Under the pieces are notes generated by a model. That model saw only the letters and a program-made list of their open reading frames with translations. It searched no databases and was not told the origin of the DNA. 64,000 nt of DNA, taken from the NCBI GenBank assembly GCA_963841915.1, contig CAWJEN010000003.1, positions 160,001-224,000 on the forward strand, read 5' to 3'. Made by a program: the position numbers and the translations under genes. Numbering within the stretch: position 1 is the first letter of the stretch; each line of letters opens with the position of its first letter. The DNA comes from an uncultured Planctomycetota bacterium (lineage in GTDB: Bacteria > Planctomycetota > Phycisphaerae > Tepidisphaerales > Tepidisphaeraceae). Positions 1 to 10,200 of the stretch are shown here, one piece after another.

Positions 1-1374
1 GAAGGCCGCATCAGCGCATCGATCTTCCGCATCGATCGCCGCCTTGATGAGCGGATCCGCGCTCGCTTCCCGTTCGACCTGACCGACGCCCAGCAGAACG
101 CCGTCTACGAGATCGCCGGCGACCTCAAGAAGCCCGTCCCGATGAACCGCCTGCTCCAAGGCGACGTCGGCAGCGGCAAGACCGTCGTCGCCCTCTACGC
201 GATGCTCCTCGGCGTCGCCAACGGCATGCAGTCGGTCCTGCTCGCACCGACCGAAGTCCTCGCCGCCCAGCACGCCCGCACGCTTTCGCAGTTCCTCGAC
301 GGCAGCTCCGTGCGCGTCGAACTGCTCACCGGCCGCCTCAAGAAATCCGAACGCGAAGCCGTCCGCCGCGACATCGCAAGCGGCGACATCCACCTTGCCG
401 TCGGCACGCAGGCTCTGTTGACCGACGGCACCGACTTCGCCAACCTTGGCCTCATCGTCGTCGACGAACAGCACAAGCTGGGCGTCCGCCAGCGGGGTCA
501 CCTCAAGGGCAAGGGCCACGCCCCGCACTACCTGGTCATGACTGCCACGCCGATCCCGCGGACGCTGGCGCTGTCGAACTTTGCCGACTTCGACGTGACG
601 ACGATCGACGCGTTGCCGCCGGGCCGTCAGCCGATCGAGACGCGTCACATCATGCCGCGCGACAGCAGCCGCGCGTACGAGTTCGTCCGCCGTCAGGTCG
701 AGAAGGGCCGGCAGGCGTACGTCGTGCTCCCGCAGATCGGCGACGACGGTGGAGTGGGCGGGGGAGACACGAAGAGCCTCAAATCCCACTTGGAGAAGCT
801 CGAGAAGGGCCCGCTGAAGGGCCTCGTGCTCGCCCCGATGCACGGCCGCATGAAGTCAGCTGAGCGTGACGCAGCGATGACTGCTTTCCGAGGTGGGGGG
901 GTGGACGTGCTCGTCGCCACCACCGTCATCGAGGTCGGCGTCGACGTCCCGAACGCGACCGTGATGGTGATCGAGTCCGCCGAGCGGTTCGGTTTGAGCC
1001 AGCTCCACCAGCTCCGCGGCCGCGTCGGTCGAGGCGGCGAACAGTCGTACTGCCTCCTCGTCGCCGATCCGCAAACCAGTGACGGCCGCGAACGCATCGA
1101 CGCCATGTGCCGCACGACCGACGGCTTCGAACTCGCCGAAGTCGACCTCAAACTTCGCGGCCCCGGCGACTTCTTCGGCACCCGTCAACACGGCCTGCCC
1201 CCGCTCAAGGTCGCCAACCTGAGCGAAGAGATGGACCTCCTCCACGACGCCCGCGAAGACGCGCTGGCGTTGCTCAAGATCAGCCCCAACCTCGACCGCC
1301 CCGACCTGAAGTTCGTCCGGGACGAGCTGCTCAAGCGGTTCGGCGAAACGCTGGAGCTGGCACTGGTCGGCTGA
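1..1374 (+). CDS. recG: ATP-dependent DNA helicase RecG (5' end outside window)
   Basis: Frame is open from base 1. Motifs MNRLLQGDVGSGKT, DEQH, MTATPIPRTL, QLHQLRGRVGRG and DLKLRGPGDFFGTRQHG are present. Confidence 0.97.
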   Translation, partial: EGRISASIFRIDRRLDERIRARFPFDLTDAQQNAVYEIAGDLKKPVPMNRLLQGDVGSGKTVVALYAMLLGVANGMQSVLLAPTEVLAAQHARTLSQFLDGSSVRVELLTGRLKKSEREAVRRDIASGDIHLAVGTQALLTDGTDFANLGLIVVDEQHKLGVRQRGHLKGKGHAPHYLVMTATPIPRTLALSNFADFDVTTIDALPPGRQPIETRHIMPRDSSRAYEFVRRQVEKGRQAYVVLPQIGDDGGVGGGDTKSLKSHLEKLEKGPLKGLVLAPMHGRMKSAERDAAMTAFRGGGVDVLVATTVIEVGVDVPNATVMVIESAERFGLSQLHQLRGRVGRGGEQSYCLLVADPQTSDGRERIDAMCRTTDGFELAEVDLKLRGPGDFFGTRQHGLPPLKVANLSEEMDLLHDAREDALALLKISPNLDRPDLKFVRDELLKRFGETLELALVG

Positions 1375-1377
1375 GAA

Positions 1378-1785
1378 TCAGCGACCTTCAAAATCCCGGA
1401 TGATCTCGTCGGCGCTTCTGCTCGATCCGCCGAAGCTCGGACCCTCGTTCATTTTCTTCTGCATCGTGCAGGTCATGGGAATGAAGATGAACACGATGAT
1501 GAACCCGCCGACGATCATGCCGATCGCGCTCATCGACTTGTGATGCTTCACCCACTCGTTGGCGGCGTTGCCGAGCGAGTGGCGGTGGTCGGACGTCTCG
1601 AACAGGTCCCGCGGCGCCAGAAAACGCCGTGACGATGTCGTGCCGCTCTCCGGCTCGCTCGGCGGGTGGTGGTGGGGTGGTGATGTGGGGGTGGGGGGCG
1701 GGGGCGGGGTCAGCCACTCGCCGCAGTGCTTGCACTTTCGGGCCGTCTCGCTCACCTCTCCCTCACAGTACGGACAGAATCGCAT
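1378..1785 (-). CDS. Zinc-ribbon membrane protein
   Basis: N-terminal CPYC-x10-CKHC zinc ribbon, Pro-rich linker, one C-terminal TM helix. Confidence 0.75.
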   Translation of the reverse strand: MRFCPYCEGEVSETARKCKHCGEWLTPPPPPTPTSPPHHHPPSEPESGTTSSRRFLAPRDLFETSDHRHSLGNAANEWVKHHKSMSAIGMIVGGFIIVFIFIPMTCTMQKKMNEGPSFGGSSRSADEIIRDFEGR

Positions 1786-1948
1786 GGCCTGTCATGGTAC
1801 CAACGGCGGAGCCTCACGGCCGCAGGCGGACGACGGAATCGATCTTCTTGGACCCGCTTGAGAACGCGGCAAAAGTAAGGAGTCGGCGGCCGGAGAACGC
1901 GGTCGGGGGCTGATTCCGAGGCCGATAGACTCCGGGGAAGGTGAACTC

Positions 1949-2332
1949 ATGCATGATCAACAGGCATTGATGATCAAAATTGTTTCAGTACCGCCGGGAG
2001 AGGCACCAGAAAACGTTCGTGCCGATTGGGTGGGCATCACGCTGCCGGTGAAACGTTGTAACGCTACTGACGTGCGGACGCTTGGCGTCATGAGTGGGCC
2101 GAAGAACAACGTCGTGGCGTTCTTCGTGACCCTCTTCGGCGGGGGTCAGCGAGAGCGAGGTTATCTGGTGGACGCGGCTACGGCTGTTGACCGCCTGGAG
2201 CGACACGCTCCAGATGCGGCGGCGTGGTGGCGAAAGGAGACGCCGCATCTTTTAAGACTTGGAATGATGCTCCTGTTCCACGAATGTGTTTGCGAGCGGC
2301 AGGTGGAACCACCCGATGCCGCTGCCGACTGA
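1949..2332 (+). CDS. Hypothetical protein
   Basis: 127-aa ORF with an upstream GGAAGG-like RBS; begins IKIVSVPPGEAPENVRADWVG. No function recognised. Confidence 0.65.
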   Translation: MHDQQALMIKIVSVPPGEAPENVRADWVGITLPVKRCNATDVRTLGVMSGPKNNVVAFFVTLFGGGQRERGYLVDAATAVDRLERHAPDAAAWWRKETPHLLRLGMMLLFHECVCERQVEPPDAAAD

Positions 2333-2411
2333 CCAATTCCGCCCACTGGCCGGGTGGCAGGTAGGTACACCGTTTCAAATCAGCTTTCAGCCACGACAGA
2401 TGCCTCTTCAA

Positions 2412-2579
2412 GGCTGACGCGTCGTTCGTCATGGCTGACCTGGAGCTGGTCATGGCTGACACGTAGCTGGTCATGGCTGACACGTAGCTGGTCATGGCTG
2501 ACACGTAGCTGGTCATGGCTGACGCGTCGCTGGTCATGGCTGACGCGTCGCTGGTCATGGCTGACGCGGAGCTGGTCAT
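2412..2579. repeat. 21-bp tandem repeat, 8 copies (GGCTGACnnGnnGCTGGTCAT)
   Basis: Units read directly: ggctgacgcgtcgttcgtcat, ggctgacctggagctggtcat, 3x ggctgacacgtagctggtcat, 2x ggctgacgcgtcgctggtcat, ggctgacgcggagctggtcat. Confidence 0.95.
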
Positions 2580-2844
2580 CGATCGGATTGGACCCTGTAT
2601 TCGGACCGTGGGCTCTTCCAGGGTCGGAGCGGCAATGTTCCCGGACGCCTTGGGTTATCGCTCTTTGTAGCCGTAGAGGTGGTGGGTGGTCAGTGGTGGG
2701 GGGGTGGTGAGTGGTGGGGGGGGGGGCGGGCCGGGTCGGACCCTGTCGCGAGCGAGCACGTAACACAGATCGTCTGGCGGTGACGCGTTCAGCGAAGCGA
2801 CGACGCAAAGTGCAACCTTGGCCGTCGTTGGCGATGGAATCGGC

Positions 2845-3315
2845 ATGGCCTCCATGCTTCGCCTCGCACGAATCGCTGTTTTGTCGGCCGCGTTGGCTGC
2901 TGCGAGCATCGCGTTTCTGCTGACGCTTGCCTGCTGGCGGTCGGCGACGGTGCGAGATTACATCGGTTTCGATCAGACGAGCTACATCACCAGTGAGAGC
3001 GGAAGTGTGGTCATTTCGTTGGAGGCGTCGATGCCGACATCGCTGCACTTCGCATCGCGGACGATCCGCCAGCCGGAGCAATACATCGGCGAGGAACGGC
3101 GGCGTTTGCGGTTGAGCGCCGGCCTCGACGGACGGCCGGAGCTGTTTGTTGATCGGCTGGGGCTCACGAGCGGGTCCTACTTCGCCGGTCATTGGCAGAC
3201 GGTGCTGCCGTACTGGATGCCGATCGCTATCGCCTGGACGGCGACCGGCCTGCTGCTGATCGCCGGGCGACGGTTCAGCACCAAGGGCACTGGACCCGCC
3301 GGCGCATTCGAATAG
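2845..3315 (+). CDS. Hypothetical membrane protein
   Basis: N-terminal and C-terminal hydrophobic helices (…LPYWMPIAIAW…). Start codon uncertain. Confidence 0.6.
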   Translation: MASMLRLARIAVLSAALAAASIAFLLTLACWRSATVRDYIGFDQTSYITSESGSVVISLEASMPTSLHFASRTIRQPEQYIGEERRRLRLSAGLDGRPELFVDRLGLTSGSYFAGHWQTVLPYWMPIAIAWTATGLLLIAGRRFSTKGTGPAGAFE

Positions 3316-3321
3316 CACGCT

Positions 3322-4920
3322 CTACAACTCAGCGAACTCGAACGTGTTCGACGTTTGCTCGGCGGCGACTTCAGCTTCGACAACGTTGTTGAACGCGTCA
3401 TCCTTCTCCGCCAGTTCGCTGCGAAGGGCGATGACGTCGTACCGATCGCGGCCTTCGGAGACCTTGGCAAAGATGTCGCCCTCCACATGCGTGCCGGGCA
3501 GAACATCAATTGCAGCTGCAAAACCTTGCATGGTTCCGGCAGCGTTCTCCCAGCTGCCAGCCTTCTCGGCCCACGTTGCCGCGGGCAGAACCACGTCGGC
3601 GGCGTCGCTGGCGGCGGTCGGCAGCGTGTCGCTGACGACGGTAAAAGCGTTCTTCAGAACGGCCGGCAGCGATTCAGACGTCACCCACTTGTCGAGGTAG
3701 TTGCCGGTAATCCATCCGGCTTTGGCGTCGGTCGGAATGTCGTCGAATGTGCCCGTCTTGCCGCCGAGGATGGCAAGGACCCGCTCGATGCCGCGTCGGT
3801 TCGGAACCTTTTCGGCGTTGATGCGGAAGGTCTCTTCACCGGTGATGTAGTGCTTGAAGACTTCGTCTTCGCCCGTCGTCGGCACCGGGCCACAGACGAG
3901 GGTGGCGTCGGGGTCGAGCTCCCGGATGAGAGAGCCGAGCAGGTAGGCCTCTTCGGTCGCGAGCATCGGCGACAGGACGGCGAACAGGCTGCCGTTGCCG
4001 TGCGTTTCGACGGCCTGCTTCAGGCCGTTCATCGCGGCATCCAGAGCGTCACCCGTGGCTGCGGGTTCGAGAATGCCCTTGTCCTTGGCGGCGGCGTAGG
4101 TGATGCGGTCGTCGCGGCCGACGACCTTGTAGCTGTAGCGGCTGTCGTCGCTGATCCACCATTGGTTGACGTCAGCATTGAAGCGCGGCTTGACGCGGTA
4201 GATCTTGCCCTCGTTGTGCTGCAGGTAGATGTTCTCGCCGCCTGCGTCGGCGGGGGAGATGCTCGGGGCATTCTTGAGCAGCCAGACGCGTTGCTGGAAC
4301 AGGAAGTCGCGGTCGAGCAGAGCGCCGACGGGGCACAGGTCGACGACGTTGCCGCTGAGCTTGTTGTCGAGCGGCTTGCCGGGGAAGATGTCGATCTGCT
4401 CGGTGCTGCCGCGGCCCTTGACCATCAGCTCGCCTTCGCCGCTGACTTCGCGCGTGAAGCGGACGCAGCGGGTGCACATGATGCACCGGTCGTTGTAGAG
4501 CATCACGTGCTCGCCGACGATCTTCTTGGGCTTTTTGCCCTTGTCTTCTTCGAAGCGACTCTGGCTGCGGCCGTACTGGTAGCTGTAATCCTGCAAGTAG
4601 CACTCGCCGGCCTGGTCGCAGACGGGGCAATCAAGCGGGTGGTTGACGAGCAGGTACTCCATGACCTGCTTCTGGTTGGCCACGCTGCGGGGCGAGCTGG
4701 TGTTGACGACCATGCCCTCGCGGATCGGCGTCTGGCACGTGGGCAGCAGCTTGGGCACGCCTTCGACCTCTGCCAGACAGATGCGGCACGAGGCGACGAT
4801 GCTGAGGCCCGGGTGGTAGCAGTAGTGCGGCAGCTCGATGCCGGCGTTGAGAGCGGCCTGCAGAATGGTCTCGCCCTTGGCAGCTTCGATTTGCTGTCCA
4901 TCCACGGTGATCGTCGGCAT
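3322..4920 (-). CDS. nuoG: NuoG-like 2Fe-2S/4Fe-4S molybdopterin-oxidoreductase-family subunit
   Basis: MPTITVDG start; CYHPGLS-x3-CRIC, HPLDCPVCDQAGEC, RCIMCTRCVRF and DLCPVGAL motifs. Confidence 0.88.
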   Translation of the reverse strand: MPTITVDGQQIEAAKGETILQAALNAGIELPHYCYHPGLSIVASCRICLAEVEGVPKLLPTCQTPIREGMVVNTSSPRSVANQKQVMEYLLVNHPLDCPVCDQAGECYLQDYSYQYGRSQSRFEEDKGKKPKKIVGEHVMLYNDRCIMCTRCVRFTREVSGEGELMVKGRGSTEQIDIFPGKPLDNKLSGNVVDLCPVGALLDRDFLFQQRVWLLKNAPSISPADAGGENIYLQHNEGKIYRVKPRFNADVNQWWISDDSRYSYKVVGRDDRITYAAAKDKGILEPAATGDALDAAMNGLKQAVETHGNGSLFAVLSPMLATEEAYLLGSLIRELDPDATLVCGPVPTTGEDEVFKHYITGEETFRINAEKVPNRRGIERVLAILGGKTGTFDDIPTDAKAGWITGNYLDKWVTSESLPAVLKNAFTVVSDTLPTAASDAADVVLPAATWAEKAGSWENAAGTMQGFAAAIDVLPGTHVEGDIFAKVSEGRDRYDVIALRSELAEKDDAFNNVVEAEVAAEQTSNTFEFAEL

Positions 4921-5215
4921 AGCCGCAGCGTAGGGGAGACCGCCAGGACTTTCACCACGATTGACGGCGGGCGACAAGTCGCCGCTCCAGGATGCGTTTC
5001 TTCGACATCCCGCTGGTCCACCCACTTCATGCAAACCGTTGCCGTTACTGCTCGCGTCGCTCGATCGAGGAACGGAGCCTTCTGCAGAAGCTGTGTCTCA
5101 TCATCAATCGGTCAGCAGCCAACGAGCAGGAGATTTGAACCTGCCATTGTCGCAGCAACGGAAGCTGTGACGACAGATCGGCCTGATCCCTGATCAGTGG
5201 CTCGCCTTGCTTCGG

Positions 5216-6280
5216 TCAGGGTACCTCTGTCGGCTCGTCAACCGCCTTGAGAACCTGTTGCGTCGTCTCGGTGACCGTCTCGCCGTCGGCAGTGTTACAG
5301 GCGACAAGGATGACCACGCCGCGTTCCGGTAGAACGGTGACCGTTGCAAAATTGAACGTATTGGAGCCGCTATGGCCGTACAGAAGCCCAAAGGTCTCGT
5401 TTGTCTCGACTCCCCAGCCGAGCGCGTAAGACGGATCCTGCCAGCGCGGCGTCACGATCTTCTTGAGAGTCGCTTCTTCTAAAAACCCCTCAGGCTGATC
5501 GATCAGCACACGGCAGAGCTTGTTCCAGTCGGCCAGCGACATGTGCAATCGGCCTGCAGCGTCATACGCCTTGGGATTATCAATCGAGACCGGCTTGCCG
5601 TTCTTGTGTCCGTAGATCTCGGGTGACGGCCCCCAGCCGGCGGTCGTGATGCCAAGCGGCTCGAAAACCTCTCGCTGCATCAGCGACTCCAGCGGCTCGT
5701 CGGCGGCCGCTTCGAGCATCGCTCCCGCCAGTATGTATCCGCCGTTGCTGTACTCCCAGGCGACGCCCGGCTTGACATGCGGCAGTCGGACGATGGCCCG
5801 GGCCAGCTTCTGTCGTTGCTCTCGTGGCGACAGCTCGCTCGCCGCGGCGGCGTGGCCTTGGGGCAGCAGCAGCAAATCGGCCATCGGGCCCGGCAGGCCG
5901 GCGGTGTGGGACAGCAAGTGTGCCAGCGTCACACCCGGCAGGCCGGCAAGGTCGTCGATGACCTCCTGCGGCTCACTGTCCCAACCGAGCTTGCCCTGTT
6001 CAATCAAGCGGCCGGCCAGCAAAGCGATCGCCGCTTTAGTGCATGATCCCAAGTGCCAGGCGTCGCCGACCTCGACCCGACCCTTGTAGCCGGCTTGTCG
6101 CGTCCCTGCGACGCTTTGTGTGAAGCCGGTCGCGTCGCTGACGAAGATTCCGATGGCCGGCACGTCCCTGCGTTGCCGCATTTCGTGGGCTATGACGTCG
6201 AGTCGGGCTTGATCGACTGGCTGTGCCACTGCGTTGTTGGCGAGTGCGACCATCAACACCAGGCACAGGCGCAAGATCAT
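5216..6280 (-). CDS. Secreted serine hydrolase, beta-lactamase class C/AmpC family
   Basis: Signal peptide; SxxK (GSCTK), LLSHTAG, YSN and HSGS motifs. Confidence 0.88.
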   Translation of the reverse strand: MILRLCLVLMVALANNAVAQPVDQARLDVIAHEMRQRRDVPAIGIFVSDATGFTQSVAGTRQAGYKGRVEVGDAWHLGSCTKAAIALLAGRLIEQGKLGWDSEPQEVIDDLAGLPGVTLAHLLSHTAGLPGPMADLLLLPQGHAAAASELSPREQRQKLARAIVRLPHVKPGVAWEYSNGGYILAGAMLEAAADEPLESLMQREVFEPLGITTAGWGPSPEIYGHKNGKPVSIDNPKAYDAAGRLHMSLADWNKLCRVLIDQPEGFLEEATLKKIVTPRWQDPSYALGWGVETNETFGLLYGHSGSNTFNFATVTVLPERGVVILVACNTADGETVTETTQQVLKAVDEPTEVP

Positions 6281-6316
6281 ACGTGCAGCGTAGGGAAGTT
6301 GACGTAATGTGCCGAC

Positions 6317-7597
6317 GTGTTCGGGCGACATCGTGAATCTCCAACGCCTGACGCAGTCGTCGTACCGGCCCACCGTCGGCCGCGGAAGCGAGGTCGTCGA
6401 GACACCAGCGTTGCGCGAGTTCGCCCGGGGCTCGACTTCTCACTCGTCGGGCTTGTCTACTGCTCGATGATGATGTTCCTGGGGCTTGCCGCGATCAACT
6501 CGCAGGCGAACCTGTTGTTTGCGGTGTTCGGCCTCATGATCGGCGTGTTGTTGGTCAGCGGCGTGATCAGTCGGCTGATGCTGGCAGGCGTTCGGGTCGA
6601 TCGCCGGTTGCCACCCTCGGCACAGGTGGGACGGCCGGTGAGACTTCGGTACAGCGTGACCAACCGCAAGCGTTTCTGGCCCACATTCAGCCTGACAATT
6701 GCCGAGCTGGACGCGGGCGGAACGGGTTCGCTTTTCGACCGTCAGCCGCACGCATACGTGCTTCACGCGGCCAGCGGCATGGCGGCCGAGGTCGCAGCCG
6801 ACGTCGTGCCGATGCGACGTGGTTGGGTTGATCTCGAACGGGTGCAGATCGCGACGAGTTTCCCGTTCGGCTTCATCAAGCGCGCGGTGATTCGGAGGAA
6901 AAAGGACCGCCTTCTCGTCGGGCCTCCGCGGGCGGCGCTGGAGCCGCGGGCGCTGACCAACTTTCTGGCAGCCGAAAGCACCGGCCTGAGCCAACGTCCG
7001 CGTCAAGGCGGCAGCGACGAACTGGTCGGCATTCGCGAATACCGGTCGGGCGATTCACCGCGCGAAATTCACTGGCGACGCAGTGCCCGGACGGCGACGG
7101 CTGGCGGCAACCTGGTCGTGCGGGAGATGCGTCGCAGCGCGCCGCCTCGCTTGCTCGTGCTGGCCGACACGTTCGCCCAAGGCCAGGCGACGGCCGAAGC
7201 TCTGGGTGCGGTCGAAAAGAACCTAGCCGTTGCTGCAAGTCTCATCGCCGGTGCTAGTGACCGAGGGCTGAGCGTCGGCCTGGTGGTTTGGACGGGCAAC
7301 AGCTTCCTGGAGGCCAAGCCCGATCGCGGCAAACGACATCGCGAAGAGCTGCTGCAAGCCTTGGCAGAGTCGCCGCGAAATGGGCTCGGCACTCTTGACG
7401 AGCTGACGACGATCGGCCAACGAATGGCCAAGGGTGATACGACCGGCGTGTTCATTACCGCAGTGGAAACGGTATCACTTCCCATCGGACGAGCATCGGC
7501 AAACCTGCAGCGGATCGAAACCAAGTCGCCGATGCTTGAACAGATCGTGCAGTTCCCTGACACGCTTGACTGGCAAGCGATGGCGACATCGGCCTGA
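6317..7597 (+). CDS. DUF58 domain membrane protein
   Basis: Two N-terminal TM helices; SFPFGF and REYRSGDSPREIHWRRSAR motifs. Confidence 0.88.
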   Translation: MFGRHRESPTPDAVVVPAHRRPRKRGRRDTSVARVRPGLDFSLVGLVYCSMMMFLGLAAINSQANLLFAVFGLMIGVLLVSGVISRLMLAGVRVDRRLPPSAQVGRPVRLRYSVTNRKRFWPTFSLTIAELDAGGTGSLFDRQPHAYVLHAASGMAAEVAADVVPMRRGWVDLERVQIATSFPFGFIKRAVIRRKKDRLLVGPPRAALEPRALTNFLAAESTGLSQRPRQGGSDELVGIREYRSGDSPREIHWRRSARTATAGGNLVVREMRRSAPPRLLVLADTFAQGQATAEALGAVEKNLAVAASLIAGASDRGLSVGLVVWTGNSFLEAKPDRGKRHREELLQALAESPRNGLGTLDELTTIGQRMAKGDTTGVFITAVETVSLPIGRASANLQRIETKSPMLEQIVQFPDTLDWQAMATSA

Positions 7598-7621
7598 CCG
7601 CGGTATAGCAGTAAGAAATAG

Positions 7622-8275
7622 TCAGGCCCACCGGAAGGTCGACCAGTAGGACTCTGTCGGCCGCTCGAAGTCAAAAGCCACCTCGGACATAAATGCTGGG
7701 CTGAAGCCGGCGAACGTCGCCCACTCGCCCTCGATCTTCCGCACGCTGACCGACTTACCGACCACGGCAGCGATGATGGCGAAAATGACGCAACCAATGA
7801 CGCCTAGGCCGGCGGCGAGGCCGTCATCGCCGAGCTGGATCGTTGTCGAGATGCCACCCGCCAAGGCCGCTACCGCAAGAAGTACAAGTGCCCACACACG
7901 CACGTGCTTCCGCCGTCGGGCGTCACTGCGAATGCTGTAGGTGGCAACAACCTTCTTCCGCTGAACAAAGTACAAGACGATCGCTACGAGAAGCAACGGC
8001 CCAAAGCAGAGCAGGCCCAGCACCGCCAATGCATTGACGTAGGGAGGCACCCAGGTCAGCTTCTTCGTCACGCGAAGCAACTTCACGTTGTCTGCCTCTG
8101 CCTCTTCGAAGCCATCTCCAGTGACGACGCAGATTCGCGGCAGATCAGCCATCGAAGTCCGCGTGATGACGTACTTGCCGTTTCTGCCCAGCTGTCCGTC
8201 GGGTCGAGAGTGCGCGTAGTCCAGTTCTAAGAGCTCGGCATCAAGTACCCTGTCACCTGTCGCCCCATCATGCAT
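7622..8275 (-). CDS. Hypothetical membrane protein
   Basis: LPRICVVTG and KKLTWVPP followed by 3-4 TM segments. Start placed at MHDG. Confidence 0.6.
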   Translation of the reverse strand: MHDGATGDRVLDAELLELDYAHSRPDGQLGRNGKYVITRTSMADLPRICVVTGDGFEEAEADNVKLLRVTKKLTWVPPYVNALAVLGLLCFGPLLLVAIVLYFVQRKKVVATYSIRSDARRRKHVRVWALVLLAVAALAGGISTTIQLGDDGLAAGLGVIGCVIFAIIAAVVGKSVSVRKIEGEWATFAGFSPAFMSEVAFDFERPTESYWSTFRWA

Positions 8276-8307
8276 TACAACGGTATAACCGCTGATGCAT
8301 TGTTTCG

Positions 8308-9423
8308 CTACAGCACCTCGGTAGCCCGCGGGTAGCTGCCGAGGATGGTCAGTTGTAGACAATGCTCCCTGGCCGCTTCGACGGCGGCCTGAACCGTCGG
8401 GTCGTCGGCGTGGCCTTGGGCGTCGACGAAAAAGACGTACTCCCAATTCGTCCTGCCGCTGGGCCGCTTTTCGATGTCGGTGAGGTTCACACCGCCTTCG
8501 CGGAAGGCGTCAAGCACTGCCGCCAGAGCTCCGGGCTTGTTGGCGGTGGTGAAGAGGATGCCCGTCTTGTCATCGTCCGTCGGCTTCCCCGTCTCGCGGC
8601 CGATGACCCAGAAGCGGGTCACGTTGTCCGGGTTGTCCTCGATGTTCTCGAACAGCATCGGCACGTCGTAGGTCTCACCCGCCAGCCGACTGGCGATGGC
8701 GGCGACGGTCGGATCGGTCGATGCTCGCTCGGCGGCGGCGCTCGTGCTGGCGGCGGGTTCGACCGTTCTTCCGCGGGCGACATTGCTCAGCCAGCCGCGA
8801 CACTGGGCAAGTACCTCAGGCTTTGTCGTGATGGTCTTGACATGGTCCCAGGGGCCACTGGCAAATACGCAGTGATGGATCGTGATGAGCACCTCGGCAC
8901 AGACGCGGGCTGACGGGTGGTCGAGGAACGCGTCGAGCGTGTCGATCACGCCGCCGTGGGAGGAATTTTCGACCGGCACGAGTCCGCAGTCGGCGTGCTG
9001 TCGCGAGACGGCAGAGAAGACGCCGTCGATGTCTCCAACGGCCACGTGCTCGACGCTGCTGCCAAATTTGCCGAGCGTCGCCGCATGGCTGAACGAACCC
9101 ATCGGCCCCAAGAACGACACACGCAGCGGTTTCTGCAACCCGATACTGCCCGACATGATTTCGCGCCAGACGGCCTCCAGCGTCCGATCGGGCAGCGGCC
9201 CGGCATTGAGGCCGCGAATCTTGTCGAGTACCGCCTTCTCCCGGCTCGGCACGTAGAACGACGCTTCGGCACCGTTGCCCCCGGCTGCTTCACGCTTGGT
9301 GCGGCCGATCTTGACCGACACGTTCGCCCGCTCGTTGAGCAGCTCGACCAGGCGATGGTCGATTTCGTCGATCCGCGAGCGGAGGGGCGACAATTTCTGT
9401 TCAAGCGGGTCCGCCTCAGGCAT
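8308..9423 (-). CDS. pheA: Chorismate mutase / prephenate dehydratase (P-protein)
   Basis: LRSRIDEID chorismate-mutase domain, FLGPMGSFS, PVENS, NVTRF, and ACT domain with PGAL and IEKRPS. Confidence 0.95.
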   Translation of the reverse strand: MPEADPLEQKLSPLRSRIDEIDHRLVELLNERANVSVKIGRTKREAAGGNGAEASFYVPSREKAVLDKIRGLNAGPLPDRTLEAVWREIMSGSIGLQKPLRVSFLGPMGSFSHAATLGKFGSSVEHVAVGDIDGVFSAVSRQHADCGLVPVENSSHGGVIDTLDAFLDHPSARVCAEVLITIHHCVFASGPWDHVKTITTKPEVLAQCRGWLSNVARGRTVEPAASTSAAAERASTDPTVAAIASRLAGETYDVPMLFENIEDNPDNVTRFWVIGRETGKPTDDDKTGILFTTANKPGALAAVLDAFREGGVNLTDIEKRPSGRTNWEYVFFVDAQGHADDPTVQAAVEAAREHCLQLTILGSYPRATEVL

Positions 9424-9489
9424 AGCCGCAGGATACGACACAAACGGCTGACGCTCGAACCCGAATCGTGCCGATACCCGAAGAGTCGC

Positions 9490-10200
9490 ATGCCCGACGA
9501 GCCGCCTATTGCTGCGCCGACCACGTTGCCTGCCGAATGGCAGTCAGTGCAGGACGTGCCCGTCGTGATTTACGACGTGGTAGAGCCCATCGCCTGGCCT
9601 GACAGGACGGACTTAATCGAATTGGCAGCCGGTACCGACGCGGTGCTGGCGACGGTACTTGTTGCACTCGGTGCCGCGGCAGCGCTGTATGGCTACCGCA
9701 TGTATCGCGGACTCGCAGCGCTCGCGCTAGCAGGTCTCGGTGTCTGGGGCGGTTGGCTTGTCGCAAAGCCGTACGACGCGACGACTGCTGGCATGATGCT
9801 CGGTGGCGTTGTCGCCGCTGCAGCAGCCTGGCCGTCGGCGCGGCTCAGTGTTGCCCTCTGCGGCGGCATCGTCGGCGCCGTCATCGGCGGGGCAGCCTGG
9901 CGGGCGCTCGGACTCGCAGACGCCTACACACCGGCCGGCGCGACCATTGGGCTCGTCTTTCTCGTCATGCTCGTCTTTGTCAGCCTCCGGGCGGCGGCCA
10001 TCCTCACCTTCGGCACGCTCGGCGTCGTCCTGCTGCTAGGTGGTCTGCTCGGCCTGCTAATGCGGTATGGCATCATCGCTGACCTCGTACACGATCAAGT
10101 CGCCAGCTCGCCGGTGCTGCTACCTGCAATCCTGTTGATGCTCGTTGTCGTCTGCAGCTTCGTGCAGCAGGCCTGGGCACATGCAATTGATACTGATTAG
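9490..10200 (+). CDS. Multi-pass membrane protein (DUF4203/TM7S3-like)
   Basis: About 7 Gly/Ala-rich TM helices with an LYGYR motif. Confidence 0.65.
   Translation: MPDEPPIAAPTTLPAEWQSVQDVPVVIYDVVEPIAWPDRTDLIELAAGTDAVLATVLVALGAAAALYGYRMYRGLAALALAGLGVWGGWLVAKPYDATTAGMMLGGVVAAAAAWPSARLSVALCGGIVGAVIGGAAWRALGLADAYTPAGATIGLVFLVMLVFVSLRAAAILTFGTLGVVLLLGGLLGLLMRYGIIADLVHDQVASSPVLLPAILLMLVVVCSFVQQAWAHAIDTD

Noticed and set aside
1655..1710. G-rich tract
   Set aside because: Explained by the Pro/His-rich linker of the minus-strand zinc-ribbon gene.
3355..5193. Long antisense ORFs (612 aa here; also 18704-20215, 42933-44315, 53586-54890 and others)
   Set aside because: Shadow frames of real genes caused by high-GC codon bias; no motifs.
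4921..5215. Intergenic hairpin GGCGAC-AA-GTCGCC and a lipobox-like LLLVGC* frame on the minus strand
   Set aside because: Single short palindrome and no credible ORF; insufficient evidence for a REP or a pseudogene.
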